From: Utricularia gibba
Lineage: Eukaryota > Plantae > Magnoliophyta
Direction of reading: 5' to 3'
Length of the DNA stretch: 64,000 nucleotides
NCBI GenBank assembly: GCA_002189035.1
Contig: NEEC01000012.1
Span: forward strand, 310,001-374,000
The notes beneath the pieces are model-generated. The model was given only the letters and a program-made list of their open reading frames with translations. It made no database searches and was not told where the DNA came from. A program made the position numbers and the translations under genes. Positions 50,529 to 64,000 of the stretch are shown one piece after another (the first letter of the stretch is position 1; each line of letters starts with the position of its first letter).

Positions 50529-53375
50529 TAGGGGTGGAAATGGGCCGGATTGAATCGGATTATGTTGAATTCAAAACCAAACCAATAAAAATATTTATAT
50601 CCAAAGCCAATCCAAAACCAAAAAAATTCTTGACATTGAAACCACATCCGATCCAAAAAAATATGTCTAAAACTAAATCCAAACCAAATTAAAAAATGCA
50701 TATTTGCATTCAAAATAAAATACATAAGTTCATAGCTTCAATCATTCTAATTGTAGCTTCATTCATTCAATATCTCCAAAATGATCTTTGTATAATCATC
50801 TAGTTCTTCCATATGAGAACCTGCGGAATCTGTAATAAAATGAATGAAAACATGTTAATATATAATTTAAATTGTATTAATAAAAATATTGAATACCATT
50901 ATCTTTCAATAACCAATCTTTGCAGCACACCAAAGCTTCAACAGTATCTGCACTCATTGCACTTCGATATTCATCTAATATTCTCCCTCCCATGCTAAAA
51001 GCTGACTCTGATGCAGCACTAGACACTGGAATATAAAAAGCCAATAGATCAATCTTAGTAGATCTCTCTATTCTCGGCTCATCCAAGTAAAGTTCTAGCT
51101 GATTTTCTTGAAGCTTTTGTCTACCTTCACTTGCATCGAAACAATCAAATGCCTAAATAATATAAAAATTGTTAGATGATAAAAGAATATATACAATAAA
51201 ATAATTTTAAAATGAAATATAAAAACTAATACCTTAAATATATCTATTGTATCATTATTGAAACTCATATCAATGGGTTGTAAAGAAACATCTCCACTAG
51301 TTCGTGTAGAACTCTTTTCTTGAGAATGTGAAGAAGCATACTCTTGATAAATCAAGTTAGTTTTTCTTTTATCTTTCGACACTCTACGGAATGATGATCC
51401 TCATTAAATGCTGAAAAACACCACTCAACAAATTGAAATTTGTATATTGGGTCAAATACCACTGCAACAGCCAAAAGTGTATGACATTCATTCCAATACT
51501 TTTCAAACTTTGAGTACATTTTAATGGCCATTCTCCTCATAAACTCAACTGGACTCTTCAATACGTTCATCAGTTTCATCTTAATCTTGAAAACCAAAGC
51601 AAAGTATAAGTGAGATGTTGGAGTCTTGATAGTAGAAACAATATGGGTAGCTTCATTGAAAACTTGAAGTAGCTCACATATTTTTTCAACTTTCTCCCAT
51701 TCATCATTGGTAGGACAATATTTGAAATTTGAATCTACCAAACTCAAATGTTCAAATGCACGCCGAAGATACAAAGCACATGATAGCATCATGTATGTAG
51801 AATTCCATCTTGTACATACATCTTGTCTCAAACTATGTTTTTGATCAAGATCACATATTGAAACACATTCTATAAATCTTTTCTTTCTTACCTGAGAACC
51901 TTTCATATATTTTGCACATTCTCTGATATTATTAACAGAAGCATCAATATCTTTCAACCCTTCTTGAACAATCAAATTTATAATATGTGCACAACAACGA
52001 ACATGTAAGAAATCACCTTCACTGATAAGATGACATCTTCCAAAATGAAACCTAACCCTTAACTCTTGAGCCAACACATCATTTGCAGACGCATTATCTA
52101 AAGTTATAGTAAACACTTTCTTCTCAATTCGCCAATGAGCTAGTAAACTAAATATTTTCTTTGCCAAACAATATCCACTGTGAGGAGGTGCCATAAAAGC
52201 AAAACTAAGTATTCATTTCTACATCATCCAATTAGAATCAATGCAGTGTATTGTCAAAGCTAAGTAACCATCAGAAACGATCGAAGTCCATAAATCACTA
52301 GTTAAACAAATTCTTCCTAGACAATCCCTTAGTTCACCTGCAAGCTTCTGACCCTCATTATGAAATAAATCCATAACATCACTTCTAGCTGTCTTTCTGC
52401 ATATATGTCTTATATCTGGTTGCAAATAATCAAAAATGTCACGAATACCTTCATACTCCACAAATAAAAATGGAAGTTCATGTTTAACAATAGCTTTAGC
52501 TAACAAATCTCTGAATTTGGCTTGTCTAAATGCTGCATTTCTTATGCCAACTGATGAGTCATTTTTACCCAAAAGTAATTGTCCAACATCCTTGCATTTA
52601 CGTCCTAGGCATTTCTCATAATGATTTCTCAGATTTGTTGTGCCACTATTTATACTTGCTTTATATATTTTCCCACAAGATTTGCATTTAGCTTTGTCCA
52701 ATTTATCCTTTTCTTGTACTAGCTCATAGTATTTCCAAATCTCTGAATAAAAATGTCTCTTTCTTTTCCCTGCCTTTGAACTATCAGATTCATTTTCCAA
52801 AATTTCAGTAAAATCAGTAGAATGAACCTCTTCATTCTCAACCACATTACTCATATCAACACCTAGTAATACAACAGAGTAAAACACCACAATAGATATC
52901 CATAAGTAAACTAAAAAGATAAGTAAAATACATTTATTTTAAAGTTGAATATATTGTATTATTCTTACCTGGTAAATCACTAGAGCAACCTCTTACAACT
53001 TGTTTCTTGGACATTTTCTAAAAAAATCGTCGCATGGTGGAGGAGGAAGAAGGGTTTTTTTAAGTAAATATACTGTTTTCAATCTCTTCAATGTCACGGG
53101 AAGAGTGAAGAATGGGAAAAGTGTATTATAATTAATGATACTGATTGATTTAATATTGGATTATTATTATTATATTTATTTATTTACTTAAAAAGATTGG
53201 ATTAAATGGGCCGGATTGGATTTACAATAAGTAATCCAAAACCATTCAAAACCAAATTGGATTATACATTTCAAAACCAAAACCAATGTGAATAAGTAAT
53301 ATTATAATCCATATCCAATCCAATTAAATTGGTTGGACCGGATCATCCCATTGATCCGATCCATTTCCACCCCTA
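50529..53375 (-). mobile_element. hAT transposon (Ac/RICESLEEPER-like), defective transposase
   Basis: Perfect 15-bp TIR TAGGGGTGGAAATGG. TSD CTTTTTTA (50521-50528, 53376-53383). BED finger KAKCKSCG..SGTTNLRNHYEKC, GRICLTSDLWTS, ITLDNASAN, HVRCCAHIINLIVQ, TRWNSTY, SESAFS.GGRILD. Two in-frame stops at 52213-52221 and a frameshift near 51355. Confidence 0.96.
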
Positions 53376-53829
53376 CTTTTTTATGTGACTTCTCATGGCA
53401 ATAAGAATGTTTTGGCAGCCATTCTTCAGAAGTTATTCTAGATACGCTAAGGACAATATGCACTCATAGGTGTCATGTGAGGTGATTTCTTGATACTTTT
53501 GGGAGAATGGCATTTTTTTGTTGGCTCATCAGGTTGAGGATGTTAAGATGCCTCATATTATTTCACACATAAGTAGTTGGGCTCGCCCATTACTTTTGCT
53601 ATAGTTGTTTCGAGTTGGCTAGGACAATTCAAATATTTTTTGGCAAGATCAAAAAAAGCTTCTATCGATGCTCCACTTAGTTGGAAGAATAAGACAATCA
53701 GAGTCTTTAGTAAACCCTAGTTATTTGCCTCCCCTCTAAGATGGGAGGAAATTGAGCTTGCTCTTCTGATTGATATCGTGTTTGTTACTCCAACTTGATA
53801 CCCTGTATGAAAAGATGATCTCACTATGG

Positions 53830-54300
53830 AGGTGATGTATGTTACAATCTTGCTAAATATTGTAATCTAGCATTTTCAACACATTAAAATAAATTTATAA
53901 ACCTACCTATTCTTCTACACAAATTAAAGAAATTAATATAGCGTGGTAAATAAAAGTCGAATTCATAAGGAATGATTGTAATTTTGTGAAATCTTTTACA
54001 TTTATTAGAAGTAAAGGGTTTGTGGGATTTTATATTTTCATGCAAAACATAAAATAGCCGTAAATAAAATCAATAAATTATAGGATTGAAAAGGTAAAAA
54101 ATGCTTAGAAAATCAAGGACACCAAGATCTAATTCTTATGTCACTCAAGATAGTTCTTAGGTTTAGATCCAATTTTATCACACCCAAAAGTTAGGAAAAA
54201 GACTGCAAGAATAGTTACCATATTAAACTCAAAAACTAATTATCAAAGAACTCAATTTAAAATATGATCCTTCCAAAAACAATATATTTCCTTTTTTTAA
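53830..54300 (-). mobile_element. Partial Athila-like LTR fragment
   Basis: AAATAAATTTATAA..CTACACAAA..GTGG..AGTCGA motif shared with 41410-41480. Confidence 0.35.
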
Positions 54301-55286
54301 AATATGATGTAAATACTTATTGGGTAGTATGGGAAATAATGACCCAATACCTATACAACTTATTAGGTTTCAAATTGCAATGAATAACTGTTATTAGTTA
54401 GTTTAAAAAAAGGTACTATCAAATTCCATGTGTTATTTTTATTATATCAGTTTGATTAGAGAATGTCCTCAAACAAATCCTCGACAAAATATATCTCATA
54501 AAACTTATTACTTCATTTTTCATGATTTATCAAAAAAAGTTTAATTCATTGATTAAATCGATAAATAAAAATTCTAGAATTCGAAGGAAAAGTTAAATAT
54601 TATTTTTCATTTTTCATAATAATAATTATAAAATATGCAAGTATTTATATATGATTGTATATTACGTTAAAATTATAAAAATAACTAAAAAATAAAATAA
54701 AATCCAGATTTAATCACAAACCATATATAAATGGAAACAAAAATCACCAAAACGAAATTAGAAACGCCGCGTTGTCGTAGAGTTTGGGTGTGGACTCGCC
54801 TTCCCTGTGATACGTATATATCTTGGATCGGGGCTCTTTAAGCTAAAGCCCAGGGTGAGTGCGGCGTGCGCTATTCCGGTTTGGCCTCAGGCGAGTCGCT
54901 TCGGTAAACTCTCTCGAATCTTCACTTTGTTGCCTCTTTCGTAGTCTTAATGTACGCTGCCTTTCTCTCTGTCTGTTTCGCCTGTTAATTGCGTTTGCAA
55001 TGGTTGTTTAGCGAAAATGATCCATCGACGGAGAATATTTGAATAAGAATGCAACTTTCTCGATTCGAGACTTTTGTACAGATTTTCATTATGTGTACGA
55101 TTGTGTATTGGCTGTTTCTGCTGTTAATGGTTGTTTTTACTCAGATCTGTATCCTGCGACTAGGCTTGGATTTGCTTGCTTTTCTTCGTCTTTTTATTTG
55201 ACTCATGTTATCCTGATTGTGTTGCTTTTTGTTGCCCTAGGTTGGCGACTTTTGTTTGGTTTTTGTTCGGCTGATTTTTAGAGTTA

Positions 55287-57329
55287 ATGGATACGGGAGG
55301 CAATTCTCTACCATCGGGTCCTGATGCTGTAAAGAGAAAAGTTAGTTATTTCTATGATCCCGAGGTTGGAAATTATTATTACGGGCAAGGGCACCCAATG
55401 AAGCCACACAGGATGCGGATGACGCACGCACTTCTTGCACACTATGGATTGCTTCAGCACATGCATGTTCTGAAGCCTAATCCGGCTAGGGAAAAAGATC
55501 TTTGCAGATTTCATGCTGATGATTATATTTCTTTTTTGAGGAGCATCACTCCTGAAACACAACAGGAGCAACTCAGGCAGTTGAAGAGATTCAATGTTGG
55601 CGAGGATTGCCCTGTTTTTGATGGTCTCTATTCCTTCTGCCAAACTTATGCTGGCGGTTCTGTTGGGGGTGCTGTGAAGTTGAATCATCAGCATTGTGAT
55701 ATAGCCGTTAATTGGGCTGGTGGTTTACATCATGCCAAGAAATGTGAGGCATCAGGTTTTTGCTATGTGAATGACATAGTGCTTGCTATTCTGGAACTTC
55801 TAAAAGTGCACGAGGTTCACTTCCATTATCTCTGTTCTCACATATTTAGTAGTCTTCTCTTCTAGATAGCTGACTAGTTGACTGATCTACTTGCTTTTCT
55901 ATGTTGGATGCATGGCATTATCTTTCTTCTTTTTTGTCGTGATATATTTAGCGTGGTTCATTTTGTGTATTAGATATACTCACTGTTATCATTTATTAAT
56001 ACCATTTTCGCTGTTATGCTTCTTTGTCAGCGTGTTCTCTATGTTGATATTGACATTCATCATGGAGATGGGGTGGAGGAGGCTTTCTACACCACGGACA
56101 GAGTGATGACTGTTTCTTTCCATAAATTTGGAGATTATTTCCCTGGTACTGGTGATATTCGTGACATAGGATACGGGAAAGGAAAATATTATTCTCTAAA
56201 TGTTCCGCTGGATGATGGGATTGATGACGATAGCTACCAGTCTCTATTCAAGCCAATAATAGGCAAAGTCATGGAAGTTTTCAGGCCAGGTGCTGTAGTA
56301 CTACAATGCGGTGCAGACTCCCTGTCTGGTGACCGGTTAGGTTGCTTCAATCTTTCGATCAAGGGACATGCAGAGTGTGTCAAGTTCATGAGATCTTTTA
56401 ATGTACCCCTACTGTTGCTTGGGGGAGGTGGTTATACGATACGTAATGTTGCTCGGTGCTGGTGTTATGAGGTAAGCTAATAATTCTGTGCCGGAAATTG
56501 TATGAAGCTTATTGATGTTACCAAGACTAATTGCATGTATTTACCAGACTGGTGTAGCACTTGGCATCGAACTGGATGACAAGATGCCACAGCATGAATA
56601 CTATGAATACTTTGGCCCAGATTATACATTGCATGTTGCACCAAGCAACATGGAAAACAAGAACTCTCGACATTTATTAGAGGATATAAGATCAAGGCTC
56701 CTGGATAATCTTTCGAAGCTTCAGCACGCACCCAGTGTCCAGTTCCAGGAGCCGCCACCCGATACTGAGCTGCCTGAGGTTTTCTCTTTTTCCTACTGTT
56801 ATGCAGAGAAAGGCTTTTTTGTTTCAGTATCACCAGAGGATGTTTTTTACTCCGACAATCTTTACGTATCTATGACATTCCCAGTTAACGTATCTCTCCA
56901 CTTTCAGATGGAAGAAAATGAAGCAGAGCCTGATGAAAGATACGATCCTGACTCGGATACTGATATGGAACGGTAAGCAAGCTTTACTTCTCTTCCCGAT
57001 CACTGCATTTCGGCCTACGGCCTTCATCGAGGCCTTGTTTTCCCCTTCTTCTCTTCCTTTCCCTATAATGAATGGCACTCCTAACTGCCTTGCATATGTA
57101 GCAAGTCTTTGACTGGAAGAGTGAAGGCTGAATTTCCCGAGCCTGAGGACAACAACATGGTACATTTTCAAGTGATATTTACTATCTAACCGGAGTTTCT
57201 CCAAGTGACTTCTCATCCCCATGCCCTTGGCCTGACACCTACGTTAACAATATTACTTTACAGGCGGATGTAAAAGAAGGCGAGCATCATGGGGACGTTG
57301 AAATGAAAACCTCCGAGCAGCTCGACTAA
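55287..57329 (+). CDS. HDA19: Histone deacetylase 19 (RPD3/HDA1 class I), ~462 aa
   Basis: Exons 55287-55814, 56031-56471, 56548-56778, 56908-56972, 57102-57159, 57264-57329, in phase. N-terminus [42 protein letters not shown] is HDA19-type. [29 protein letters not shown] motifs intact. Confidence 0.95.
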
Positions 57330-58578
57330 CCTATGTCCGCCCCATTCAGCTTGTCTACTGGTGGTTGCCTTTGCTTATGACTCCATTGCACTGGTTTGTT
57401 TCTTACGCTTATTATCATTACATCTTAATCACGCAAAGGGCATGCCACATGTTTTCCTTTGTACATCTGTGTAGTCAGGCTCCGCATCAGAGAAACTACC
57501 TAAACAATGTTTGTTCTACTGCTAGTTTAGTTGATATCTGTTAAATTGTTAACTCAGTACTAATTGGTTGTTCGTTCCACTAGTCATTAGTATTTATTAT
57601 CTCTTACGAAGCATCTGAGTTTCAAAATGAAATATTTGAAAAAAATTAATGGTCTCGTTGTAACATAAAGCTTTGGAAGTAAATTCACATAAAAATTCCA
57701 TTTAATTTGCTGAGATTCATCTTTTTAGTAGGTAGGCGCTGGCCCCATCGTCATTTGACCAGGGCTCATCCGCAAATTCCAAAAAAAAAAAAAAAATTAA
57801 GATGGGCACTTAACTTCCTACACCGTGTAATGTTAATTACTAGAGGAACTGCTCTCCGTGATTTGGAAAAATAATGTTGGGTTGTAGGCATGGAGCAGAA
57901 AACACATACCAGTAAGAGCCCCCATTAAGCGTGTTACTCTTTCGCTTCGCCCTGCCAACACAAAAACAGCGACATAAAACATGCACAGGATGCTTCCAAG
58001 AAACGCGAGACAGAACACCGTAGATGGATGCTAAGTATTTGTAACACCAAAATTGTTGCCAGTGTCTACCTACTGAAAAGGTGAATGTCAACAAACACAA
58101 TAGTTGTACACTCAGCATATTGTCCACCCAAAATTGCACTTAAACAATAATATGAATTTTCCAAAAATTGGGAGAAACTCATCTTCAATATCTACAAGAA
58201 CATGAACAGGGGTCAGTATAGATGGCCACCAGCTTGCACAGAAAGAATTTCGCACATATTAACATCCTGTCAATGCGAAAGTTCGTGCACTCCACCTGCA
58301 AGGTATAAGCTGTTCAACGAGCATGAAAAATAAAGCTCAAGACTGGTAATAATGGATGGGTCGCAGACCTGAAAAGATCCAACGTTTGGACACAAAAAAT
58401 GCCTCCACGCATAAAAAAATGGTCCGGAATCGGGCATTTTCAATCCCCATAATTTCCGCTGGAGGAAACACTTGGGTGAGGCCACACAAAAAGGATAGCT
58501 TGTTTGGTTACCAGATGGAGAAGGCCAAGCCCATTGGTTGGGGGTGACTTTGCATACCGGGAGGAACTCCCTTGACTT

Positions 58579-61500
58579 TCAATTCAGTGACCCACGACAC
58601 CTATGATGAAAAAAAATATGTTAGCCTGCAATACCAAAAGTGGGGCAATTTTGAGCGCCTAAATTATGGACAGCAGCAGATAAGCATTTCAAAATTACTC
58701 AAAACATGGTCTAAGTAGCTAGATATGGCTTTTTTCAGCATTAAGCAAGTCACATTCGCTATTTCTACTGCAGGTACCACCTTTTAGAACCACAATGACA
58801 AGGTATCTTCTTCTCTTCCAATGGAAACTTGTAATTATACGTTAGCTCCTCTCCAGGAGAGATATGTCGCTTTGCATATATGAAAATCTTCTTTTGCCCA
58901 TCAACATTTATCACCTTTGTATAGCAATTTGGCTGAAATTGAAACAAAGCGCAAGTACTCTGGGATAAAAAGAATACACAAGTCACTCAGCAGAACAGCT
59001 GGTACACTCTTGAAACATTTACCTCGCAGGAATGATTTATAAACCTGGCAAGACCTCCACGTTTTGTAGCATCAACCTACAAAAACGTTTGTTAGAATCC
59101 TTGTACATATTATGAACATAGACAACTGCTATCTGCATAGAAATGAAGGTGATCGATGGAGAAGCAAGTTGATACCAAGGAGAAAGAAGTTGGAGCGGGA
59201 ATTAAGTTGAAGTAAATGGGCACATACCACATAGCCATCATCCAGTCTGAAAAGGTAGCTGCTACCGATGCCCATCTTTTCATACCTCTGCTCACGTATG
59301 TCTGAGATCTAAAGGATTAAATTTTCACTTTTTAGGGTGAAGCATCAGTGACTACAATTTTTTGTTAAAGAGAAACAAACTAGAACTCTCCATAATGTTG
59401 CCACTTATAGAGCTGGCACAATAGAAAATCAGCAAATAATCAAAGCATTTATCAGAAACGTCAAACATAAATTAGCTCCACCCAGGATTTATGTTCTGAC
59501 TGGTCCTAGGAAGTTCAAAATATTGAGAAAATAAGCCTCCTTGGATGCTAAGGGAGATTTTAGAAACTTTCTGAATGCAGAGAAAAAGAATCCCTGAATT
59601 TGTTATTTAAGGACATCAGACGATACTTGACCAAATTATATGAAATATGAATAAGGCAACAGCTCACACGCGGTCGAATAAGCTCTCCAACATATTCAAT
59701 GACAAAATCCTCTGCTTCAATTGGTTCTAAAGCAACGAGGCCCCAGTTATGTATCTTGCTTCTTTGGAAACGCAGGCGCTTTTTTCTTGCCTGATCAATT
59801 GAATATATTAGATACGGTAGAAAAGGATAACATTAAAGTGAACAAAAAATGGTTGTCACCTTCAACTGCGTGGCTTTAAGAAGATCAGCACCTTCTGCAG
59901 CAACAAGAAGGTTCCGCAGCTTGGCCCTGTTAGTCCTTGCTGAAAGCCCCTTCACATTCACCATGTGAGATCCATTGCATTCGGAATCAGTTTGGAAGTG
60001 AATATGAGCTCCTCTAATGTGTGCTCTTTCAGTAGGACTAGCACTCAAGGCCCATTTACGCCACTCCCAACCATTAATGGAAGTCCTAGCACAACCATCT
60101 GATTGGGGATAACCACGTTTTGAACTACTCCTTTTTCTCTTAACCTTAGATAGATCGACTTGTTCTCTTTTGGGTTTGTCTTTGTCACCCTTGACGACCC
60201 TATATCCAATATTTTTGGTATCAGCAGCTGCTTCTTTTCTTTTAGTTTTCATAATCCTTTTCTTCTTAGATTTATGCAGGCCAACTTCATCAGGTAGAGA
60301 ATGTTTAGCATTGGCAACTGCCTCCTTCCTCTTCAGCTTGAAGATCTTATTTTTCTTGACATTAGAATTGTATACTTCTTCAACTGGATGCTTTCTCTTT
60401 TTGATCTTGGCCTCTGCCGCTCCAGAATTTTGGCCATCACCATTCATCCTCTTCTTTCTCGGTTTGATAACCTTTGCTGCTGCATGCAAGAGGATAGAAA
60501 AACATTGTAATCACATAAAAAACATTATCTTGGAAGTTATTTATGTGATAAACGAACATTTCGAATTTCAAACTAAACAAACAAAGCTGATCAGAGATGA
60601 TACTGACATTTTGGCGGCTTTAGTGCACTAAGCAGGCAATCAAATTCAGGATCATTTAAAAAACCACCAGTTGCTCTCTCATGACCAAACTGGTCCTTGG
60701 GAAAATGCAAAGTTTCACTGCTTGAACCATCTTCAAGCAAATCATAAGCAAATGAATAATATTATAAATTTGGCTTTTGAACTAATAAAATTGTGGGAGG
60801 GAAATACCTTGGACAGCAAGTGCCTCTGATGACTGACTATGAATATGCTGTTCAGCCGCCACACGTTTCTTTGAATTACCACGAGGCACTTTTTGGGTCT
60901 TAAAATTCACTCTTGACCCTTTGGATCCTTGCTTATGATGATGTTGATCCTCTTCAATCGAAGACTGAAAAAATAACTCTGAACTTTTAGTACTAGAACT
61001 CTTCTTCTGAGAGAATGTGGATTTTTCATGTAGAAGTGATGCTGCTGGACGGCTACCCTCATCACCAGAAAAGATACCAGAACAGCTAGCAGCAATTGCG
61101 TTGGCAATGGCATCATTACAATATAAATGCTTCAAGTTTCTCATGACACAGTCATATATTCTCCGGCGACTCATCATCAACACTCTCTGGAAAGTGGATT
61201 TACATGCATCCTCGGTGGATTGAAATGGCTTTGCAAGCTTAACAGGTGGTGAAGTAGGATATTCCAAAATCTTTTCTTGTAGGTTTGGCTGCAGCTCATC
61301 AATAACTCCGCTCTCCTCCAAATGAATAGGCAAGTTCTCCACTTCATGCTTGGGGAAACTATCTGTTGCTCTACATTCAGAATAATCTGGCCGAAATTCA
61401 TAATCCTCAGTGCATATAGGATCATCCACACATGCGGGAAACTTTAAAAATGCATTCTGAGATAAACTGCTCGGTGAAGCTAAACTGCAGCCAGACGAAC

Positions 61501-63746
61501 TACATGGGGTTTCATAAGACGGCATACATGTAAACAGCTTATGACAAAGATCATCAGACTCACTTATCTTCTTCTGCAAATGAAAAAGTTTGGTGAAGTG
61601 TCAGTCATAATAAAGACGACAATCACAAAGCAGAGTGTAATACAAAAAATATCATAATAAAAAGTAAAACATTACCCCCGGATTCTGTTTGGAATCAATT
61701 ATTTTTTCCACCTCTGCTTTCACTATTCCCTCAGCATAATTTAATAAGGACATCTTTGCAGACGAATGAAGCTCATTCTCTAGAAATTCTTGGATAAACC
61801 CTGGATCACTTTGTGCAGTAACAGAGGAAGAATGTGATGAAGCTAAAGATGAGTAGCCTAGTGGGCATGGAAATTTTTCATTGTTAGGGACCACCAACGG
61901 ACCATATCCTGGAGGGCATTCTCCATCAAATGATGAGTCTTGGATTCCAATTAGCTGTTCATCCATTTAAAAAAGTTTAGTACATGTAGCGGACACATTG
62001 TATGGATATAACACGTATTGTGTGAAAAAAAAATGCATACGCTATCAGAAGAGGACCAGCGCCTCATCTTTCTCCATCTGGATGAAAACTCGGCAACACA
62101 GTCAAAAAATATAGCGTTCCACATGACTTGCATACAAGAAATGAACAGCATCCTACTAACAGATACATACGCAGCAGAAAAATTCCCAAAATCCCCAACT
62201 GATTTTGAACAGAAATTAGATCCTTTTAACTCAGCATGAAGGCGTTTATCAGCATTACTGCATACTTCTTCATCCTTGGATACCGGAAAACAGTCCCTGT
62301 GGTGTTTTCTATCGAACTGCCATGCACAGATAATAAGGAATCAGCATGTCAAAAGTTCCATGACTATCTTTCAAAAGATGAGATTACCTACCACTTTACT
62401 ATCAAAAGTAAAAGATGATTTGGCATGCTCGACCTCAGGCTTCTGGTGGCTTTCCTTGTTGGATAGAAAATCAGATATAATGGTGCTAACAATCTCATCG
62501 ATAAAAACCTTGCGTGCTGACTTCATAATTCCAGAGTGCAGTTGCAAAGAGACTTCTTCATAAATAAATGCTTCCATGCTGATTTCCGAATTACTAACAT
62601 GGCCATTTGGATGCTGAATGAAGCCAGCGCTAGAAGTACCCCAAAAGTTCAAAAGCGAGCGCAATTCCAAGGGGTTACACTTGTTGCCAGAGTGGTATAT
62701 CTACAAATAAAAAAAATTACCCATAGAATTAGAAAAATAAATAGCACCTGATAAATTTAAATGCATACGGGACCTTCCATGACCAAGAATAGGATGTCAA
62801 CGGCCACAATATCTAATTGCAAATTGGGAATAAAAGTTTCTCGTGAAAAATATCTAACTTCTACATTTTATCATAGTGTGGAGCGCCTGCATATTTAAAC
62901 CAGCAGCTCCTTAAAGAACAAACGGAGACAAAGTTCACTAACAAGACAGGAAAACAGACACAAGACCGGAATGAGAATGCCCAACAGCCAACTGTTGCTA
63001 GTTCTAGTTGCTTTTCATAACCTACGTATTCCATAGGAAAACATGCTGACAGTTGGAGATTTTACTTGGTTTCAACAACAGGATGTAAAACCAACATGAC
63101 CATACTGTAATGAATTATCCGAATTTGAAAATTGTAACCACCATCGACGAATTGCCTATATAACCATAGTGACACCATGAGTACAACGCCGTAAGTGAGT
63201 ACGGCCCGTGCTTAGTACCCTCTCCATCTTCAAGTAACCAACAACATTCATCAACAGACTGCCATTCAAAGAAAAAAACACACTTCATGTTACCGACCTT
63301 CAGAGTAAATTAAGATAAAACTAATCAACACAAACTTGGTTAAATCAATCGATCTGTACCGCAGAGTACCCATCACTATCGCCATTCCCCGGCAGCGATA
63401 CCCACTGATTAAATGCATGACCAGGCTCTTCCACGCGAGGATATATCCCACTCAAGCATGCGAAACCAGTGGCGATGTGCTCGGGGAATTGCTTGAAATA
63501 ACTGAGTGGCACAGGGTTGCCCAGATTGCCATTCATCAAAGGGTAAACATGAAGCTCCTCCGGCAAAAATCCGGTGTTTAATCCCTCGTAAAGCTGCTGC
63601 TGAATGTAAGGCCCGCACAACTGACCATTCTGATTCGTGTACATCCATCCAGTTACAACCGGCGGCGAATTACGTACAGCATCCGATGCTGCCACCGCCG
63701 CCGAAGATGACGATACGCCGACATAGCCATCCGACGCGCCGCCCAT
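58579..63746 (-). CDS. ATXR7: Histone-lysine N-methyltransferase ATXR7/SDG25 (SET1-like, N-terminal GYF-like domain)
   Basis: [33 protein letters not shown] (GYF-like), [66 protein letters not shown]/post-[47 protein letters not shown]. Multi-exon. Start codon uncertain. Confidence 0.93.
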
Positions 63747-64000
63747 CGCGGCGGCAGAATCTGACGTCTACCCTGGCGACAGCGAGACAAATTTTCCTCC
63801 GTTGCTCAATTTTGCGACTTTCGCGTAGCAAGCCTAGGGTTCATTTCGCAACTTAACGATCCGGTGTCGTTTCGGTTTCTAGGCTTGTAGCGTTCTCGAG
63901 CGTTATCTATCGTCTACACGGCAAATGGCAAAGTAAATCAGGGGTTCGTCTCGGAATTGACCACATAAAATAAAATCTTAATTCACAAGGGACCTAAGTG

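Noticed and set aside
57730-57800. GC-rich stretch followed by an A16 run (SINE or retrocopy?)
   Set aside because: Too short, with no A/B boxes and no TSD.

Overview
Eudicot plant nuclear genomic DNA, inferred from spliced plant genes and plant TE families. Seven host genes are supported: filament-like plant protein (FPP4/6 type, +), LQY1 (-), HVA22-like (+), GALS1-type GT92 galactan synthase (+, with a 1-nt frameshift in a C-run), a PLATZ transcription factor (+), HDA19 (+) and ATXR7/SDG25 (-). They are separated by TE islands. The best-resolved structure is a nested cluster at 41.5-53.4 kb: a pol-less Tat/Retand-type Ty3/gypsy element (both LTRs, tRNA-Lys PBS, PPT, GGTAC TSD) with gag on one strand and a remnant antisense gene on the other. 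That gene appears to have its own TATA box and intron and is split by a hAT element, and a second hAT abuts the 5' LTR. A third hAT (27.4-32.6 kb, 8-bp TSD) contains a CRM-type retrotransposon remnant and ends about 320 bp upstream of GALS1. Degenerate tandem arrays (about 40-bp period, and 90/180-bp) lie at 39.3-41.0 kb. All protein identities come from recalled motif similarity, not database searches, and all counts are manual. I found no convincing wholly new biological system. The strongest leads are the antisense-gene-bearing non-autonomous retroelement, a conserved LTR hairpin, the tandem arrays and the GALS1 frameshift.
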